In this document: positions 12,758-27,244 of the stretch, one piece after another
Layout of the letters: each line of letters begins with the position of its first letter
Numbering within the stretch: position 1 is the stretch's first letter
Notes under the pieces: generated by a model
What the model saw: the letters and a program-made list of their open reading frames with translations, nothing else
What the model was told of the DNA's origin: nothing
Databases searched by the model: none
Made by a program: the position numbers and the translations under genes
Source: Zancudomyces culisetae HAW-14-8
Taxonomy: Eukaryota > Fungi > Kickxellomycota
Direction: 5' to 3'
Assembly (NCBI GenBank): GCA_052426225.1
Contig: JBNJNM010000006.1
Coordinates: 2,542,001 to 2,606,000 of the forward strand
Length of the DNA: 64,000 nt

Positions 12758-15079
12758 ATGGTACAAAGTATATTTCAGATATTTAGAGAGCTACTGAGTG
12801 CGGAATCACCTGGAGAAAACAGCAGCTCTAGTTATCAGAAAACGAAATCTAAAAAAACGACAGGAGGGGGGTCTAGTATAAGTTCAAAAAATGCAATAAA
12901 CACAGAAGGGTCTGTCGAAAAGTCAGGTATAAAGCCACATAGCGCAGAAGAATTTAGAAATAGAGCTAGAAAGAGTGATGCGAATCCAGAATCTTCGACA
13001 AGTCCAACTTCCTCTAGGAAAGAGAGGAGAAAATCTAGAAAATTTTCTGATCCACTGACTTCACAGGCAATTAAAAAAATTAGTAGATATCTCATGAAAG
13101 GAAGCACCGCGGGTAACTCAGAACAATATTTCGAAGATTCCGTTATTCAAAAGGAGTTGGTGGGGAAAAAGGATATACACGAGAGAAGGCGGTTTTGGTT
13201 TGTATTAGGAATTCTACTTGGTATGCTACTAACAGCGGTGATGGTCAAAAAAACTGAATACGCTGAAATGCGGATGTCTTATTTCCAAGACTACCTAATC
13301 AATCCATTAGGCGATATTAGCTTTTATAGATATTTTCAGATGAATATGCCAACAGATTTTTTTGGGCTGAATATGACATCGGGACTGAATTTTGACTGGA
13401 AAGCAGATGAAAATATTGAACACGAATTTGAACACGAAGAAAAACGATATTTACAAACTAGTGGACTATTCGAGCCAGCAAAAACACTGAAGAAAGAGAA
13501 AGGGTTAAAGGCCAAACATCCTGTGGTGATGGTTCCTGGTGCTGTAACTTCTGGGCTAGAAAATTGGAGTACCAAAGGTTGCTTTCAAAAATACTTTAGA
13601 AAGAGGGTCTGGGGAACCGTATCGATGTTACAGGCGCTTTTATCGGACAGAGCCTGCTGGCTTGAGCATATGACTCTGGATGAAAAAACAGGCTTAGATC
13701 CTCCAGGAATTAGACTTAGGGCAGCAAAGGGGCTGGAGTCTGCGGATTATTTTATGACAGGGTACTGGGTTTGGGCAAAGGTTATTGACAACTTATCAGA
13801 ACTAGGGTATGATAATAATAACATGCACATGGCCTCATATGACTGGAGATTATCGCTTATAAATTTGGAAAAAAGAGATGGATATTTTACACAGCTCAAA
13901 ACACAAATCGAATTGTTGAAAAAAATTAACAACGAAAAGGTAGTTTTGATATCACACTCGATGGGTGCACCGCTTATTTTAAGCTTTTTGAAATGGGTAG
14001 AGTCGGACAAGCTGGGAAAAGGTGGTGAAGGTTGGGTGAATGAGCATGTAGAGGCATGGGTAAATATAGCTGGAGCCCTTCTTGGCGCCCCCAAGATCCT
14101 TCCTGGAATTCTATCCGGAGAAACAAAAGAAACTGTGCAGCCGTTTTCGAGCTACATACTTGAGGGTATAATTGGAAAAAGGGATAGGGCGCGGCTATAT
14201 AGAAGTTGGGGGTCATTTGGGACGTTACTCCCAAAAGGAGGGACCAGGGTTTGGGGTGATGCACGGGACTCACCAGAGGACCTTGGCAGAAAATACAAGA
14301 ATTTTAGCTATGGATCTTTTTTTACTATACGTGAAAAGAGTGAAAATGGGAATATGACAACAAAAAATCTGACTGTTTCTGAGAGTATAGAATTGGCGCT
14401 AGAGACAATAGATCCTCAAGTGCGAACAAGAGTTAGTGGTGAGATTGAATTGGGGGTATTTGATGATGTTGACCAATTTGAAAAAAATAAAGACAATTTT
14501 GCAACTTTTTCAAACCCACTAACACTCCAACTTCCTAATGCACCAAATATGACTATATACTCTATGTATGGGGTTGGAGTTCCATCAGAGAGAGGGTATT
14601 ACTATAAGAAAACTGATGAGTCAAATGATTGCGATCAAATGAAAAATACCGGTGGTGTTGAAGCTAAAGCGTGTGATAAGCGCGACAACGGTTGGAACTA
14701 CATGATCGATGTCACAGTATCTGACCCAAAACATGGTGTTAGTAATGGTGTGATAGAAGGTGATGGGGATGGATCAGTAAATCTGCTATCATTGGGATAC
14801 ATGCCTGCACATGGGTGGAATTTGAAGAAATATAATCCACATGGGGTAAAGACAGTCACAAGGGAATACATTCAGCGAAGGATTTCTGCAATCGGTTACT
14901 ATCTGGGGCGCGTATACACCGACTCTAATATTGTTGATCATGTCGGAATATTGGGAAACCATAATGTGTTGGTGGATATAGCGCGGATTGTGAGCGGAAA
15001 AGATGTGCACAAGACGAATAAAGACAAAATCTTTTCCCACATCAAGAAGGCAAGCAAAAAAGTTAAGATTTCGTCTTAG
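12758..15079 (+). CDS. LRO1: Phospholipid:diacylglycerol acyltransferase (LCAT family, PDAT)
   Basis: 773-aa intronless ORF. N-terminal TM (FWFVLGILLGMLLTAVMV), HPVVMVPG, GLDPPGIRLRAA, ASYDWRLS, catalytic HSMG, GDGDGSVNLLSLG, DHVGILGN. Confidence 0.95.
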   Translation: MVQSIFQIFRELLSAESPGENSSSSYQKTKSKKTTGGGSSISSKNAINTEGSVEKSGIKPHSAEEFRNRARKSDANPESSTSPTSSRKERRKSRKFSDPLTSQAIKKISRYLMKGSTAGNSEQYFEDSVIQKELVGKKDIHERRRFWFVLGILLGMLLTAVMVKKTEYAEMRMSYFQDYLINPLGDISFYRYFQMNMPTDFFGLNMTSGLNFDWKADENIEHEFEHEEKRYLQTSGLFEPAKTLKKEKGLKAKHPVVMVPGAVTSGLENWSTKGCFQKYFRKRVWGTVSMLQALLSDRACWLEHMTLDEKTGLDPPGIRLRAAKGLESADYFMTGYWVWAKVIDNLSELGYDNNNMHMASYDWRLSLINLEKRDGYFTQLKTQIELLKKINNEKVVLISHSMGAPLILSFLKWVESDKLGKGGEGWVNEHVEAWVNIAGALLGAPKILPGILSGETKETVQPFSSYILEGIIGKRDRARLYRSWGSFGTLLPKGGTRVWGDARDSPEDLGRKYKNFSYGSFFTIREKSENGNMTTKNLTVSESIELALETIDPQVRTRVSGEIELGVFDDVDQFEKNKDNFATFSNPLTLQLPNAPNMTIYSMYGVGVPSERGYYYKKTDESNDCDQMKNTGGVEAKACDKRDNGWNYMIDVTVSDPKHGVSNGVIEGDGDGSVNLLSLGYMPAHGWNLKKYNPHGVKTVTREYIQRRISAIGYYLGRVYTDSNIVDHVGILGNHNVLVDIARIVSGKDVHKTNKDKIFSHIKKASKKVKISS

Positions 15080-15751
15080 ATTAGAAAAAAAATTTAAAAA
15101 AAAGAGCCAAAGACCTGAGCAGGGGATAAAAACCTTAAATTTATTATTATAACTTCGTCCTTCTTTATACATTTCTTTTTGTAAAATATATTCACCATAG
15201 CATCTAATCCAACCTACTGATAGTTATTAACAGTAAAAGAGGGGGGGAGGGGAGAGGGAGAGTATATTCCTATAAATAAATTGCTGCTTCAAACACATCT
15301 ACACAACTTTGCATAGCTTTTTGGTAAAGGTCATCGTTGTAATGGCTAAAAGTATCATAGTAAACTTGGTGACTACCACAGCGTGTTAAATGTTTGCTGA
15401 ACCCAAGGTTTTTTTTCTGAAGATATGGCTAGTTTGTAATTGTTATATACTTACAACACTGCCGAAATTCCATTAGCCTTTTTTTTGTCTTGATTTTAGT
15501 GTAATGATAGAAAACAACAGTTAGCTGACAATTGGAGAAAATGACAGGTAAACAGGCTGTTTAAACAATCAGAACAAGGAAATTTCTAATTGATCGCTGA
15601 TGGAATTATAATTCTACGAGTATTTCTTGCTTTGTTTTGTGATAACTCAAAGCTATAATCATATTTCCTTCCTTTAACCTTTTCCTTTTATATTTTCTTT
15701 TACTCACATTACGATTTTTACAAAATACAAAACGGGAAAAATACAAAAACC

Positions 15752-17073
15752 ATGGATGAGATTGCACTGCTGAAATCTAAACTTGTAACCGCAATAAAAC
15801 TAGGTGTACTTTTTGCGGGACCAGAGTTTAAACAGGGGTTCTGGCGCCAGGGCAAGTACAGTAATGCTGGGGATATTAGCACTGGTAACATTGGGGATCA
15901 CGACAGTATTGGTCAAATTAGCAAGATGGGAAATGAGATGGATGTGGTTACGATTGTAGATAAGCATATCGAGGATTTGCTTATTGATGAATTCTCAAAA
16001 CGGTACCAAGATGACAGGTAGGTAAAAGAATGAAAGAATGAAAGACAGCTGATTCCCAAGGAGTTGAAGTAGGGCGTAGTATATATGTGTATTTAATTAC
16101 CATGTTTACAAGTTAAACTCGTTTAAGAACAAGGAGATAAACAAAAGGGAGAAGGTGATGAATAAGCGGATAATAGAGCTAAAACTAAAGAAAATAAATA
16201 TAATGAAATAGATTTATTGGCGAAGAAAGTTATAGTGGAAATGAAGGCACTGGCAGTCCAAAAGAAAAGATCCAAGCACAGGAACACGTCTGGTTCATTG
16301 ACCCTATCGATGGAACAAATAATTTCGTACACGGATTTCCACTAACTGCAATCAGTATAGGAATGGGAATAGGAAAGAATGATCTGAGGATAGGGGTGGT
16401 ATATCTGCCGATAACCGAAGATTTGTACTTTGGGCTGAAAGGTCAAGGGTCGTATCTAATTAAAAACGGGTATGATGTTATATCACAAATGTTTATTAAT
16501 CAGAAAGAGGAAGAAGTAAAGGAGAATGGAGTCGAGCTGTTTAAGCTGCTTACCGAAAAGGCACAAATGTTACCATTATTCAGAAACAATCCGCTACTAA
16601 CGCTTTCAAAGGCATCAGTGATAACAGAACATGGTTCAGATCGTACTGATGCAGTGATTGAAAAGCGAACGAATACAATGAGAAGATTGCTTTCAGGCAG
16701 CAGCGAATATAGAGTGCAAAACCTGCGGATAATTGGAGCGGCAAGTGTTGATATGTGCCAACTGTCGGCGGGACATGCAGACATGTACTTTGAAAACGGA
16801 CCACACATTTGGGATTTTGCAGCAGCATCTGTTATCTTGAGAGAAAGTGGAGGAGAGTGTTATGGAACGGATGTAAATCCAGATTCAGAGACTGGTTCAG
16901 TAATAACCGAGTTTGATCCATGGAAACGAACGATAGTTGCTATAAGAAGGATTCCAGACCACGTTGAAATTCAGGGAGAGAAAAAAGTAAAAATTTCTGG
17001 TAAAGAAATGCAAGCGACACTAGTTAAGCAAATTTTGAAGGGAATAGATTTCTTAAAGTTTGAAAGCGACTGA
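15752..17073 (+). CDS. Inositol monophosphatase family protein (2 exons: 15752-16017, 16212-17073)
   Basis: Splicing gives DVVTIVDKHIE...DDR|FIGEES...VWFIDPIDGTNNFVHGFP (DPIDGT metal motif), then LRIIGAASVDMC and GPHIWDFAAASVILRESGG. Confidence 0.92.
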
Positions 17074-17133
17074 GTAGTAATCAAAAAAAAGAAAAAGAAA
17101 AAGAAAAACGGAGGGTAGGAAGAAAATTACAAA

Positions 17134-20100
17134 CTACACGAACTTGCAAACGGGACAGAGTAAACGTTCAGGGTCGTTGTTGCATTTGTTTAAAACGCAG
17201 TTGTAGTGAAAGGAGTGCTTGCACATAAAGTAAGCAATGGGAAGAAACTCATCAAGAGTGTTTAGGCAGATGTTGCAGATTTTAGCACGGCTAAAAACAA
17301 TAACATCCTGGTGGTATTCGTCGATTTGAGCAGTTATGGATTTGTTTTTTGATTTTTGTTCGGCTAGCAGTGCTTCGTTTTGGTTGATTAGTGATTTTTG
17401 TCTTTCGAATACGGATTTGAGATATTCTTTAACCATTCCAAAGTTAATGGTAGGCATGTTGTTTTTTGATAAGAGTGTTAGCACGCGGATTGGATCAAGT
17501 ACTTGCGTCCTCTCTATTCTGCCAAGAATCTGCCCAACCATGTTCTTTCGCAAAGTCTCTGAAAGGCCGCTGCTACTTGCTGTCAATTTTAGCGTGTTTA
17601 TAAAAAGTGCGTCGTCGTTAGGATATGCATCCAACAACGAGAGTATTGCATCTACATTTTTACGGGTTTCTTTTTCGCCATCATCACTGCCAATATCGGT
17701 AAAAGGCTGGTTGTTAATGTTGCTGAAATAAAAGTCAACAAGTTTGGTTGCATCAGTCTTACCACTAAACTCCAGCAAAGCCGCCAATGCTTTTTGATAG
17801 TTGCACATTGAACACAACATCTGAATATAGTCGTAGTCTACAATAGGTGTTTTAAACAAACTAGTGTTGGGTGTGTTTGGTTGGTAGTTGCTTATTCCAA
17901 GCCCAACTAGTCGCTGACCATTACTGGTGTTGTTGTCACCATCCGACACGTCATTGTTGTTTTTATGTTGTGTAGATAAGATTTTGTAGTAAGAATCAAA
18001 TGTAGCTAAAATTTTGATAATCTCGGTACACTTTCTTTCATTTCCGTTGGTGGTTTTTGTTAAATAAAGTTCCAAGAGCTTGTTCAGAATATCAACCAAG
18101 ATTCTATTGTCCAAAAGGATCTTGTTTATATCCAATTCTGTTTTATTTTTAACATCAGTTCCGGTTGTAGTTGTAGTTGCAGTTGCAATTGCAATTGCAA
18201 TTGCAGTTGCAGTTTTTCTTCCAAAACTCGTACCCAGCTCTACCTGACCCGACAGTGGTGTCGTTTGTGGTTGTTGTAATTGCAACATATCTCCAATTCC
18301 GAATTGATACTCAATAGCCCTTTCGTAATACAAGATAAGCCATTCGGGATATCCATCAAAAAGCACAGAAAAGCGGTAAATTCTTTGGCTAAACCACTTA
18401 TTCGCAGCTAGCTCACGAGTTGATGAAGATGTGCAGCGATTTTTGACAACCAATTTCAATACGGCTTCAACAAGTGCCTCTGGCTCGCTCGCAACAATTG
18501 TTTTGCCAAAAAAAAGCATCATTTGCTCCGCCCGTCTTTCTACTACACTTGCATCAGCAAATGCACCTGTATTTTCTTGACTTTTTTTACCCAGGTACAA
18601 ATCCATAATACTCTCCAATGCCATCCGATGATCTTTAATATAGTGTACCAATATTTCTATTTCGGTTTCTACATGTCTATACCTCCGTGCAAGCCCCAAT
18701 GCTACTTTAAGCTGTCCTTCTTTTAGACTAACACGTATCGCCTGCTCCACGTTAATTATTCCTTCCTCTGCCATATCATTGTTTTCCAAAAACTCATTCA
18801 TCAAATCCTCTCTCTGGTTTTTCGCATAACATGTTAGCAACAACAACACATGATCTGAATTGGCTGCCTTCTTTTCTACTAGCTTTTCCAGGTAGTATTG
18901 CATCTGATCAACGTACTGTGCTTCAAGAAATTTACAGATTACATATGATGCCTCAACCTGGCCAATGGTTTTAACATACTCGTTTACTGCCAAGTCTGCC
19001 TCGTTCTTTCCCATAAGATAGTCCCCATATTTTTGATATACCTGTGCTAGAATATATTCTGCATCCTCTTCCTGTTCTCCTTCGTCCCCACTTTCTTCCA
19101 ATCCTTCTCCTCGTTTTTCTCCTCCTCCTCCTCCCCCAATTTTACCACTACACATCTTGATCGCAAGGGGGTATTGGTGCTGTTGATATAATATTTCCAA
19201 CTTCCGGCTGGTTTTCTCTTCCTCAAAATAGTCCAGGCCTCCACTTTTGCCTACTACAAATATCCCACCCCAATTGACCGCAACCTCTTTTATCCCCTCT
19301 TCACCTACCATCTCACTACTAGCTGCAACTAGTTTATTCTTGATATCTATTATTGAAAATCTCGTAATTTTGTTCTCATATCCTTCATTTCTATCTTTAC
19401 CCTTGCCTATACCGTTAGTTTTACCCTTTCCTTTGGTGTTGGACGCACTTGGATTCCAATATTTGTCTTTATTTGCATTACTCGTTTCACTCTCATTTCT
19501 ATCTCCAACTCCTCCGTTTCTATTCCTCACCATCTTTCCCGTTTCCACATTAACAAGTAACACTAATCTCTCTCCCACCTGCCTAATCATCACTTTTTTA
19601 CTCTCGTATGCAAAGCATGGTCCTCGTCCATCCAGATTGTAGAAATAAATTGCCTCATCCTGGCCAACCACCAGCTCTCCAAACTTATTGATCGTGCTAA
19701 CCCCCATCGCACATCCTCTATTTTCCAGTACCACCTATATATATATATATATCCATATAATTAGGTATCTGCATTCCTTCTCTCCTCCCATTAACTTTCT
19801 CCCATACCAAAACCACATTCAACCACATCTTCCTAATATTTATCACCATTTAATACTCCAAATACAATTAACCCACAAACCTTAGACTTTGAATCAGTAT
19901 CCCGGCTTATCACTAAAATTTGCCCTGTTGTAGTTACAAACAATACAGAGTTTCGTTCGCCCTCAGTTCCAACCGTATAATGCATATTGGTAATCGCTTC
20001 GTCAAACTTATGGCTGCTGTACTCTTTCAGCTTTTTGCCCTTGTTTGTAAGATCACCTTTATATACTATTATCTGACCATCAGCAAATCCTACAGCCATA

Positions 20101-20977
20101 CTTTTCATATCTTCACTTATCGTTATGGCTGCCATCTATTATTTCATTCATTTTTACCGATTTTCAATCAAAGCCATATATACACAACTGAAAGTGTGGT
20201 ATTTAAGATGTGGTTACTATGAGAAATAAACTACTTACTAGATATTTTATTTCTCCAAGACGATTAATTGGAATCTTTCTAGCCTTTAGAGTTTCCCGAT
20301 CAACCACAAATGCATCGTCCTGAATATTTTCTACATCTCTTTCGTTAAAAGCATCGGCTTTATCATTTGCGACTTTAGCCACTTTCCCCCGCCCATCTTC
20401 ATTGGCTGTCGAACCATCATCACCATCTTTATTACTGGTGCTGCTCTCGCTCCTCTGCATCCTTTGTCGTCGCTGCTCTTCTAAAATAGCGCTAAACTTC
20501 AACTTTTTCAGGTCCCATACTCTTACAGTTAAATTAAACCCGGAACTTGAGTCTTCCTATTAAAATTTGCATATAAGAATCGTTTTAGTTTTTACTAGAA
20601 ATACACTACAAATCGAGGAAGAGAGAGGGAGAGAGAGAGAGACAACTTACAGATATTGTGATAAGGCAGTTGGAAGATTTATTATACAGCAGCTTCAGAA
20701 TCTTGCAGTCATTAACCTCATTCTCCTTGCATACTAAAAACTTGACATAATTTAGTTCTCTATCTATAATATACACATATCCTCGCCGTTTGTTCGCTGC
20801 AAACATGTATTCGCTACCATATTTACCATAACCACTGTATCCGTTGTACCCTCCACTATTCACAATATTGGGCGAATATACTATTGTGTCTTTGTCTGAA
20901 AAGATATTTGGAACATTCACAAGTCTGTGTCTTTTGAAGAAATTAAATTCCCTCAGTTGAAACCCACCACTACTCAT
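17134..20977 (-). CDS. VPS11: Vacuolar protein sorting 11 (CORVET/HOPS core subunit), 4 exons
   Basis: Exons 20977-20651, 20556-20239, 20135-19881, 19734-17134. N-terminal LREFNFF, MAVGFADGQIIVYKGDL, AIYFYNLDGRGPCFAYE, YGDYL...YVKTIGQVEASYVICKFLEAQ, HVLLLLTCYAK, C-terminal RING-H2 CNIC...FMCKHSFHYNC...CPVC. Confidence 0.93.
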
Positions 20978-21482
20978 CTTTTTGTTATTGTTATTGTTAT
21001 TGTTTTTAACTTTGTTTTCGTCTTTTTTTGTTGTGTTTTTTTCTTACTCTACACTACTTGTAATCACCTCTTTATCCTTACACTTTCACTCAGCTTTGAG
21101 TTCTTGACTTGTGTTTATATTTTCTGGAATCACTTTTATACACAGAAAATGCTAATAAAATTGCAAAACACTTTACCAACAACAAATAAACCGTTTATTT
21201 CGCTATCGAAACTCCTCTCCTTCCAAGAAAATGTGGAGTTTCGAACTTTAATTTACATGAATGTTTCAAATCACATTAAATGCAAAGTATTTTTTTTGTA
21301 TCAGTACCTTTTTTATCCACCCTTATATCCGCAAACAAGCCAAATGCAACCAATATCTGTTTATTCTGCACCCTCAACAGAAAAAGCAAAGATATACAAA
21401 AAAAGAAAGTCAAGATATCTGCAATAGAAAACAATTTTATTATGGACTTGCCAATATAACATATAAAGGATATCTGGTGCAT

Positions 21483-22718
21483 TTAAATCTTCTGGGTAAG
21501 CTCTGGGACAAGTTCAAACAAGTCACCCACCAATCCATAGTCGGCTACTTGGAAAATTGGTGCGTCCGCATCCTTGTTAATTGCTACAATAACTTTAGAG
21601 TCCTTCATTCCTGCAAGATGCTGGATGGCTCCAGAAATTCCAATTGCAATGTAAAGATCTGGTGCGACTATCTTTCCTGTTTGTCCAACTTGTAGTGAGT
21701 TGTCACAGTATCCAGCATCGACAGCTGCTCTTGATGCACCAACTCCAGCACCAATTTTGTCTGCAAGATCAGTAATCAGCTTGAATCCATCAGCGCTCTT
21801 GACTGCTCTGCCTCCAGCAATTACCTTCTTGGCTGTTGCCAAGTCTGGTCTGTCTGCCTTGACCACGTCCTCCTTTACCCATGTGGTTTTGGATGCAGCT
21901 ACTGATGCCTGGCTTTCCTCTACTGGTGCCTCAGCATCTTTTGTAGTGGCTGCAGCAAAAGATGTACCACGGACGGTAATAAGTTTTATCTCGTCTTTTG
22001 ATTTGACTGTTGCCATTGCATTTCCTATAATTTTATATCCGTTTTTCCTTAGTACCGTCCAAATTTTAACATATTTTTTCTCTCTCTCTCGCAACTTTGA
22101 TCATTTTGACAACTAGCCACATGTTTGTTTTTAACTAATACGAATTACTCACCTGCGTAGATTGGTCTAACAAATGTACTTTCATCCTCAACAGAAGTGA
22201 TATCTGAAATTTGTTGAACATCCAACAATGCTGATAGTCGTGGCATAAATCCTTTACCAACTGTAGAATGTGCAGCCAATACGTGTGTACTCTTGGTGTG
22301 CTCCTGTACAGCCTTAACCAATGGGGCGATGACTTCAGGAAGATGGTGATCAAAAACTGGATTGTTTGCTACAATCACCTTTTCGACTCCATCTATTTTG
22401 GAAACCTGTTTTGCAAGCTCAGCCGCATCACTTCCTGCAACCAATGCTGCGACAGAACCTCCTAGCTTCTTCGCGGCTGTGATTGTGCTGAGTGTGGCAC
22501 CATCTACTGCCTTTCCCTTGTGCTCTACATAGACCAGCGAGGATAGAGATGCATGTTGGGTTTGGAAGAGCTGGTTTTTTGATTAGGTTGGATAATTTTA
22601 GATTGTAGCTTTCAATTCTTGGGAATCTTGGTAAACATGACTAATAAAATTGCAACATAAAATAACTACTTACCCTTTTGGAAATAGAAAGCCTGTTCAA
22701 GGTGTTGACTCTAAACAT
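21483..22718 (-). CDS. ETFA: Electron transfer flavoprotein alpha subunit, mitochondrial (3 exons: 22718-22674, 22570-22153, 22024-21483)
   Basis: Presequence-like [15 protein letters not shown]; FVRPIYAG|NAMATV; [16 protein letters not shown]; [10 protein letters not shown]; [41 protein letters not shown]. Yeast ortholog is AIM45. Confidence 0.96.
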
Positions 22719-24462
22719 TGTGGTTTATTGTTGTAGTAGTGGTACTGCTATTCTTACCAAGTTTTGTAAAATCAGCTTTATCGCAAAGTTTGAGATTTTT
22801 TCCGTTTTTGTTGAAAAATCAAGGTATTTGTTGTTTTATTATCACTAAGCTGAAATTAGCGTTTGCATTAGAATTGTAGCACCAGTTAGCTTTTGCGGTA
22901 CCATTGAATGCGCGGGGCATGTTTTATTTTTTTTAGATTTTTTTTTTTGGACTTTTTGGGCTTTTTTTAGCACAGTTGTGGGTAAGTTGGTGTTTCAGCA
23001 TGGGCATTTGACCAGCTCAATCGGCTTAATTTTTTTTAGTGACCATTAATCGAAGATAAAGCAAATTAATTAACGAAAAAGCGGTCTTTTTTCACAAGCC
23101 AATTTTCTCCTTACAAAAAAACTGCCTTACAATTAGCGCATCTAAAATGCATCAGTATCTCCACACCCACTGATATTGGTAACCTTTTTCTCAAAAAAAT
23201 TTTTTTAATATACAATTCAACCATATATGGAAAACAAGGAAACCAGTGTTAGGATTGTGCGTTTTGAGTGCACTATTCCTATTATTTAGGTTGACACCTC
23301 TCCATCCAAGATATACAAGAACAGCATCTTGAAAAAAAAAACTCATTATTATGTTTTTTTTAATGCTAATGGTGTCTAGCATGCGGTAAAGGAATATTAA
23401 TTAGCTAGGTTTGTTTGCTGATACAATGGGTACCAGCCTCTGTTTATCAGTGGTAGACGTACACTGAAAAGCAACCATCAATACATTCTCATAATTTTTG
23501 CGTTATCATCTTTATAGTGCCTTCTATCTTCTTTACCTAGCCCCAGGTACCCCTTAGCATACTTGCACATATAGAATATCCATATTATTTGGCGGAGTGT
23601 CATAATATCACTAGATGGCTTAGTAAAGTGCTACTGGGTCCCATTTTGTTGAGCTAAAGTTGTAGATGTAGTGTATATACCCAACCTGGGTATAAAAAAA
23701 TGCAATAACTGTGTAGGGTGCGTTTACATAATTGATACTAGTTTCCCAAACACCAACCACCACTACAAAGCCGATGGGTGGAATAGAGTATCTTAAAATA
23801 ATGACCCATGGAAGAATACTGGTAAATGTTAGTGGTGTACAATAAATGCATCGAGATCAACTTGCCTGAGTATACATATCCTTGGCCAGTGTTGAAATAG
23901 GGTGATTATATCCGTTGTACCCTATACCAATTAATAAAGTGCACAACATAAAACATACCACTTGATTTTCTATTCTGTCATTACATGTACTTTTTCCTTT
24001 GTGAGCAACGCATTTAAATGGGATTAATTTGGCAATTGGTATCAGTAGCACACCATTTTAATTGGTAGGATCAAATTGATAGTGAAAAAAAAATTTTTTT
24101 CCTTTGGTTTCTCGTCCCTCACTTTTGGTTTGTTAGCAACCTTTCCACCTCCCTTCCACAGGATAGTTTCAAAAAAAAAAAAAAAGTGGGCAAAAATCTA
24201 CGAATAGTAACGCAAGTGTTTGGATTATGTAAATCAAAGATAAACCACATTTAATCTACAGATATCTCAGGCTACTGGAGTGAAAAGCGGGAAAAAAAAG
24301 GAGAAACTGTATCAACCAAACATTGCATGGAATGGAGGGGGAGGGGAGAGCGAACATATAAAGATCCATTTCTCCCCTCCATTCAATTTTTTTTTTAATA
24401 TTTGGCACGATAAAGTATTTTATTGTCAAATATTCAAAAGCTAAAAAAATTTTCGAGTAGCG

Positions 24463-25746
24463 ATGCAAAACAACAGCGGAAACAAGGTGACCGTGGTCTT
24501 GGGTGCGCAATGGGGCGATGAGGGTAAAGGAAAGCTATGCGACGTGCTTTCCACAACTTCAGATGTATGCGCACGTTGCCAGGGTGGAAACAATGCCGGC
24601 CATACTATTGTCGTCGACAGTATCAAATACGCCGTCCACTTGCTTCCATCAGGAATAGTCAGCCCAAGCTGCACGGCCTTGATAGGCTCAGGAGTTGTTG
24701 TTCATCTTGAATCGTTATTTAAGGAGCTTGACGATATCGAGAAGAAGGGTCTGAGCACAAATTCCCGCATTCTTGTCTCAGATAGATGTCATTTGGTCTT
24801 CGACTTCCATCAAACTGTTGATGGATTAAACGAGATGGAACTAGGAGCCTCTAGCATAGGTACCACAAGAAGAGGAATAGGACCAACTTACTCAACAAAA
24901 GCGTCAAGATCAGGGATAAGAGTTCACGACTTATACAATAAAGAGGAATTTAGGCAAAGGTTGAAAAAGCTTGTTGAAAACTACGAAAAGAGATATGCAG
25001 GTTTCACATGCGACATTGAAGCCGAAATAGCCAAGTATGACATTCTGAAGGAAAGACTGAGACCAATGGTCGTGGATTCAGTTCAATATCTACACGAGGA
25101 GCTAGCTTCAGGCAAAAAAATTTTAGTCGAGGGTGCAAATGCTCTGTTTTTGGATTTGGACTTTGGAACATATCCCTACGTAACATCTTCAAATACTGGT
25201 ATCGGTGGTGTTCTCACCGGTCTCGGAATACCTGCCAAATCTATAGGAAATGTCATTGGAGTAGTGAAATCATACACCACACGTGTCGGAGAGGGACCAT
25301 TCCCAACTGAACTCTTTGATGAAGATGGCAAAATGCTACAAGAAATAGGCGCAGAGTTTGGTGTTACTACAGGTAGATCACGTCGCTGTGGATGGTTGGA
25401 TCTGGTTATGCTCAAGTACTCTACCATCATTAACGGGTATACAAGCTTCAACTTGACTAAGCTCGATGTTCTTGACTCTTTCAAAGAAATAAAGGTGGCT
25501 ACCGAGTATATTGTTGACGGTGTTTCCACCCAAGCTTTCCCAGCTGACCTTAACAAGTTGGCACGCGTCGAGGTTGTCTACACCACATTCCCAGGATGGA
25601 ACTGCAGCATTAGCAAAATGAGAAAGTTTGAGGAACTTCCCGAAAACTGCAAGAAATTCATTACATTTATCGAAGACTACCTTCAAGTACCAATTGAATG
25701 GATAGGTGTAGGTGTGGAGCGTGAGGCTATGATCCATAAGGTTTAA
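24463..25746 (+). CDS. ADE12: Adenylosuccinate synthetase
   Basis: 427 aa. [69 protein letters not shown]. Confidence 0.98.
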   Translation: MQNNSGNKVTVVLGAQWGDEGKGKLCDVLSTTSDVCARCQGGNNAGHTIVVDSIKYAVHLLPSGIVSPSCTALIGSGVVVHLESLFKELDDIEKKGLSTNSRILVSDRCHLVFDFHQTVDGLNEMELGASSIGTTRRGIGPTYSTKASRSGIRVHDLYNKEEFRQRLKKLVENYEKRYAGFTCDIEAEIAKYDILKERLRPMVVDSVQYLHEELASGKKILVEGANALFLDLDFGTYPYVTSSNTGIGGVLTGLGIPAKSIGNVIGVVKSYTTRVGEGPFPTELFDEDGKMLQEIGAEFGVTTGRSRRCGWLDLVMLKYSTIINGYTSFNLTKLDVLDSFKEIKVATEYIVDGVSTQAFPADLNKLARVEVVYTTFPGWNCSISKMRKFEELPENCKKFITFIEDYLQVPIEWIGVGVEREAMIHKV

Positions 25747-27244
25747 ACTGTATCAAATAAATAAACCAACAAGGCATTTTCTTGTTATTTACACTTTTCT
25801 GATCTAAAATCTACTCTTTTTTCGTACCTTTTTCATTATGATGTCAATGGGTGTTAATCTTTTTTGTTTGAATACTAATGTGATTTTATCGGTGGTAAAT
25901 GAGCTTGTTTAAGGAGACGTTGTATTCTATTAGTAAAGTTGAAGGGAGGAGGGGAGGGGGTGAGATGTGCCACTTTTGTCCTATTATTGTGGTGATATGT
26001 ACGGTTTCGCACAAATATGCCTTACCTGCTAGACCGGGTATGGCAAATAGCCTTTAGCTTTGGCGTTAAATTCATATCTTGTCTTTCTATTTTATATGTA
26101 CTTTTGTCTATACTTTCTTTTGCTATATTTTTGATTTATGTCAATAAACGGATGCAAAGTAAAAGGTAATTCTACCTAGAAACTAACAGACCTTTGTAAA
26201 AATATATAAAAACAACAACAACACTATTCCTGGCGATCCCGTGTACTAATTTTTAGACAACACATGCTATTAAAACCCAAGTTTGAAGTGTTCAAAACCA
26301 AAAGATGTTTGATATGTGCTTCTACCCATGGGAACATGGTTCATAAATACCTCATACATTTTTCTCATTACATTTCTCAGCTACCATTGCAAAAATATCA
26401 ACTATCTGCGCCGAAACACATTCACATATTATTTTAGCGCTGATTCTTCACAAAGCTAGCTAGCCATAGCCTCCATTCAAATGCTGAATATAAATAACGA
26501 CAACTTGATATTAGAGTTTCAGCTGATATCCTGTATGCTATCACCTCCAAAGGATGTATATGGGTTTGCTCACTTTATTAAATTTACCATTCCTTTTTTA
26601 ACCTGCGTTCTAATTTGACCATAGTCAAGTGACCTATATAGAATTGGAGCATCACAGCTTAAATGACGCGGACATCCACACTATCAAAAATATGCCAAAA
26701 TACAATGTCATGGCTGAAATTTGCATAAAAAATGATGTGTAAAATGTAGGGAATAGGAAGAACAGAAAGGAAAAAGAAAAAGGAACTGTGCATTCTGGTA
26801 AAATGATTTACTAATGATTATTCAATTGTCACTGTGTCACATGTACACCAAGGGTAAATTCAGAAGGGAAACATATAGAGGATACAATAATGCTGCATTT
26901 GAGTTTTGTCTTTGCCTATATTAGTTTATAATTCAATGAAATGCATTTTTATTTTTTAAAACACACCTTTCAGACACATATAATCGGATATAATATTAAA
27001 TATAAACTAAGGTGTACTGAACATAATATTTTGACTTTTCGCTTCATATTAGTGAATTTAACCATTAAACTGGGTGTATTTATGGGCACTGTGCTAGACG
27101 CTTTACAACATAGTATGATATAATATTTTTCACTGGCGCCAGTAGTTTAATTATCACACACTATTCTTGTGGGACCGGTTTTAAAATACAAGACAAAAAG
27201 GAAAATAATTGAAAGTACTGAATACAAACAACTCGATTCTACAG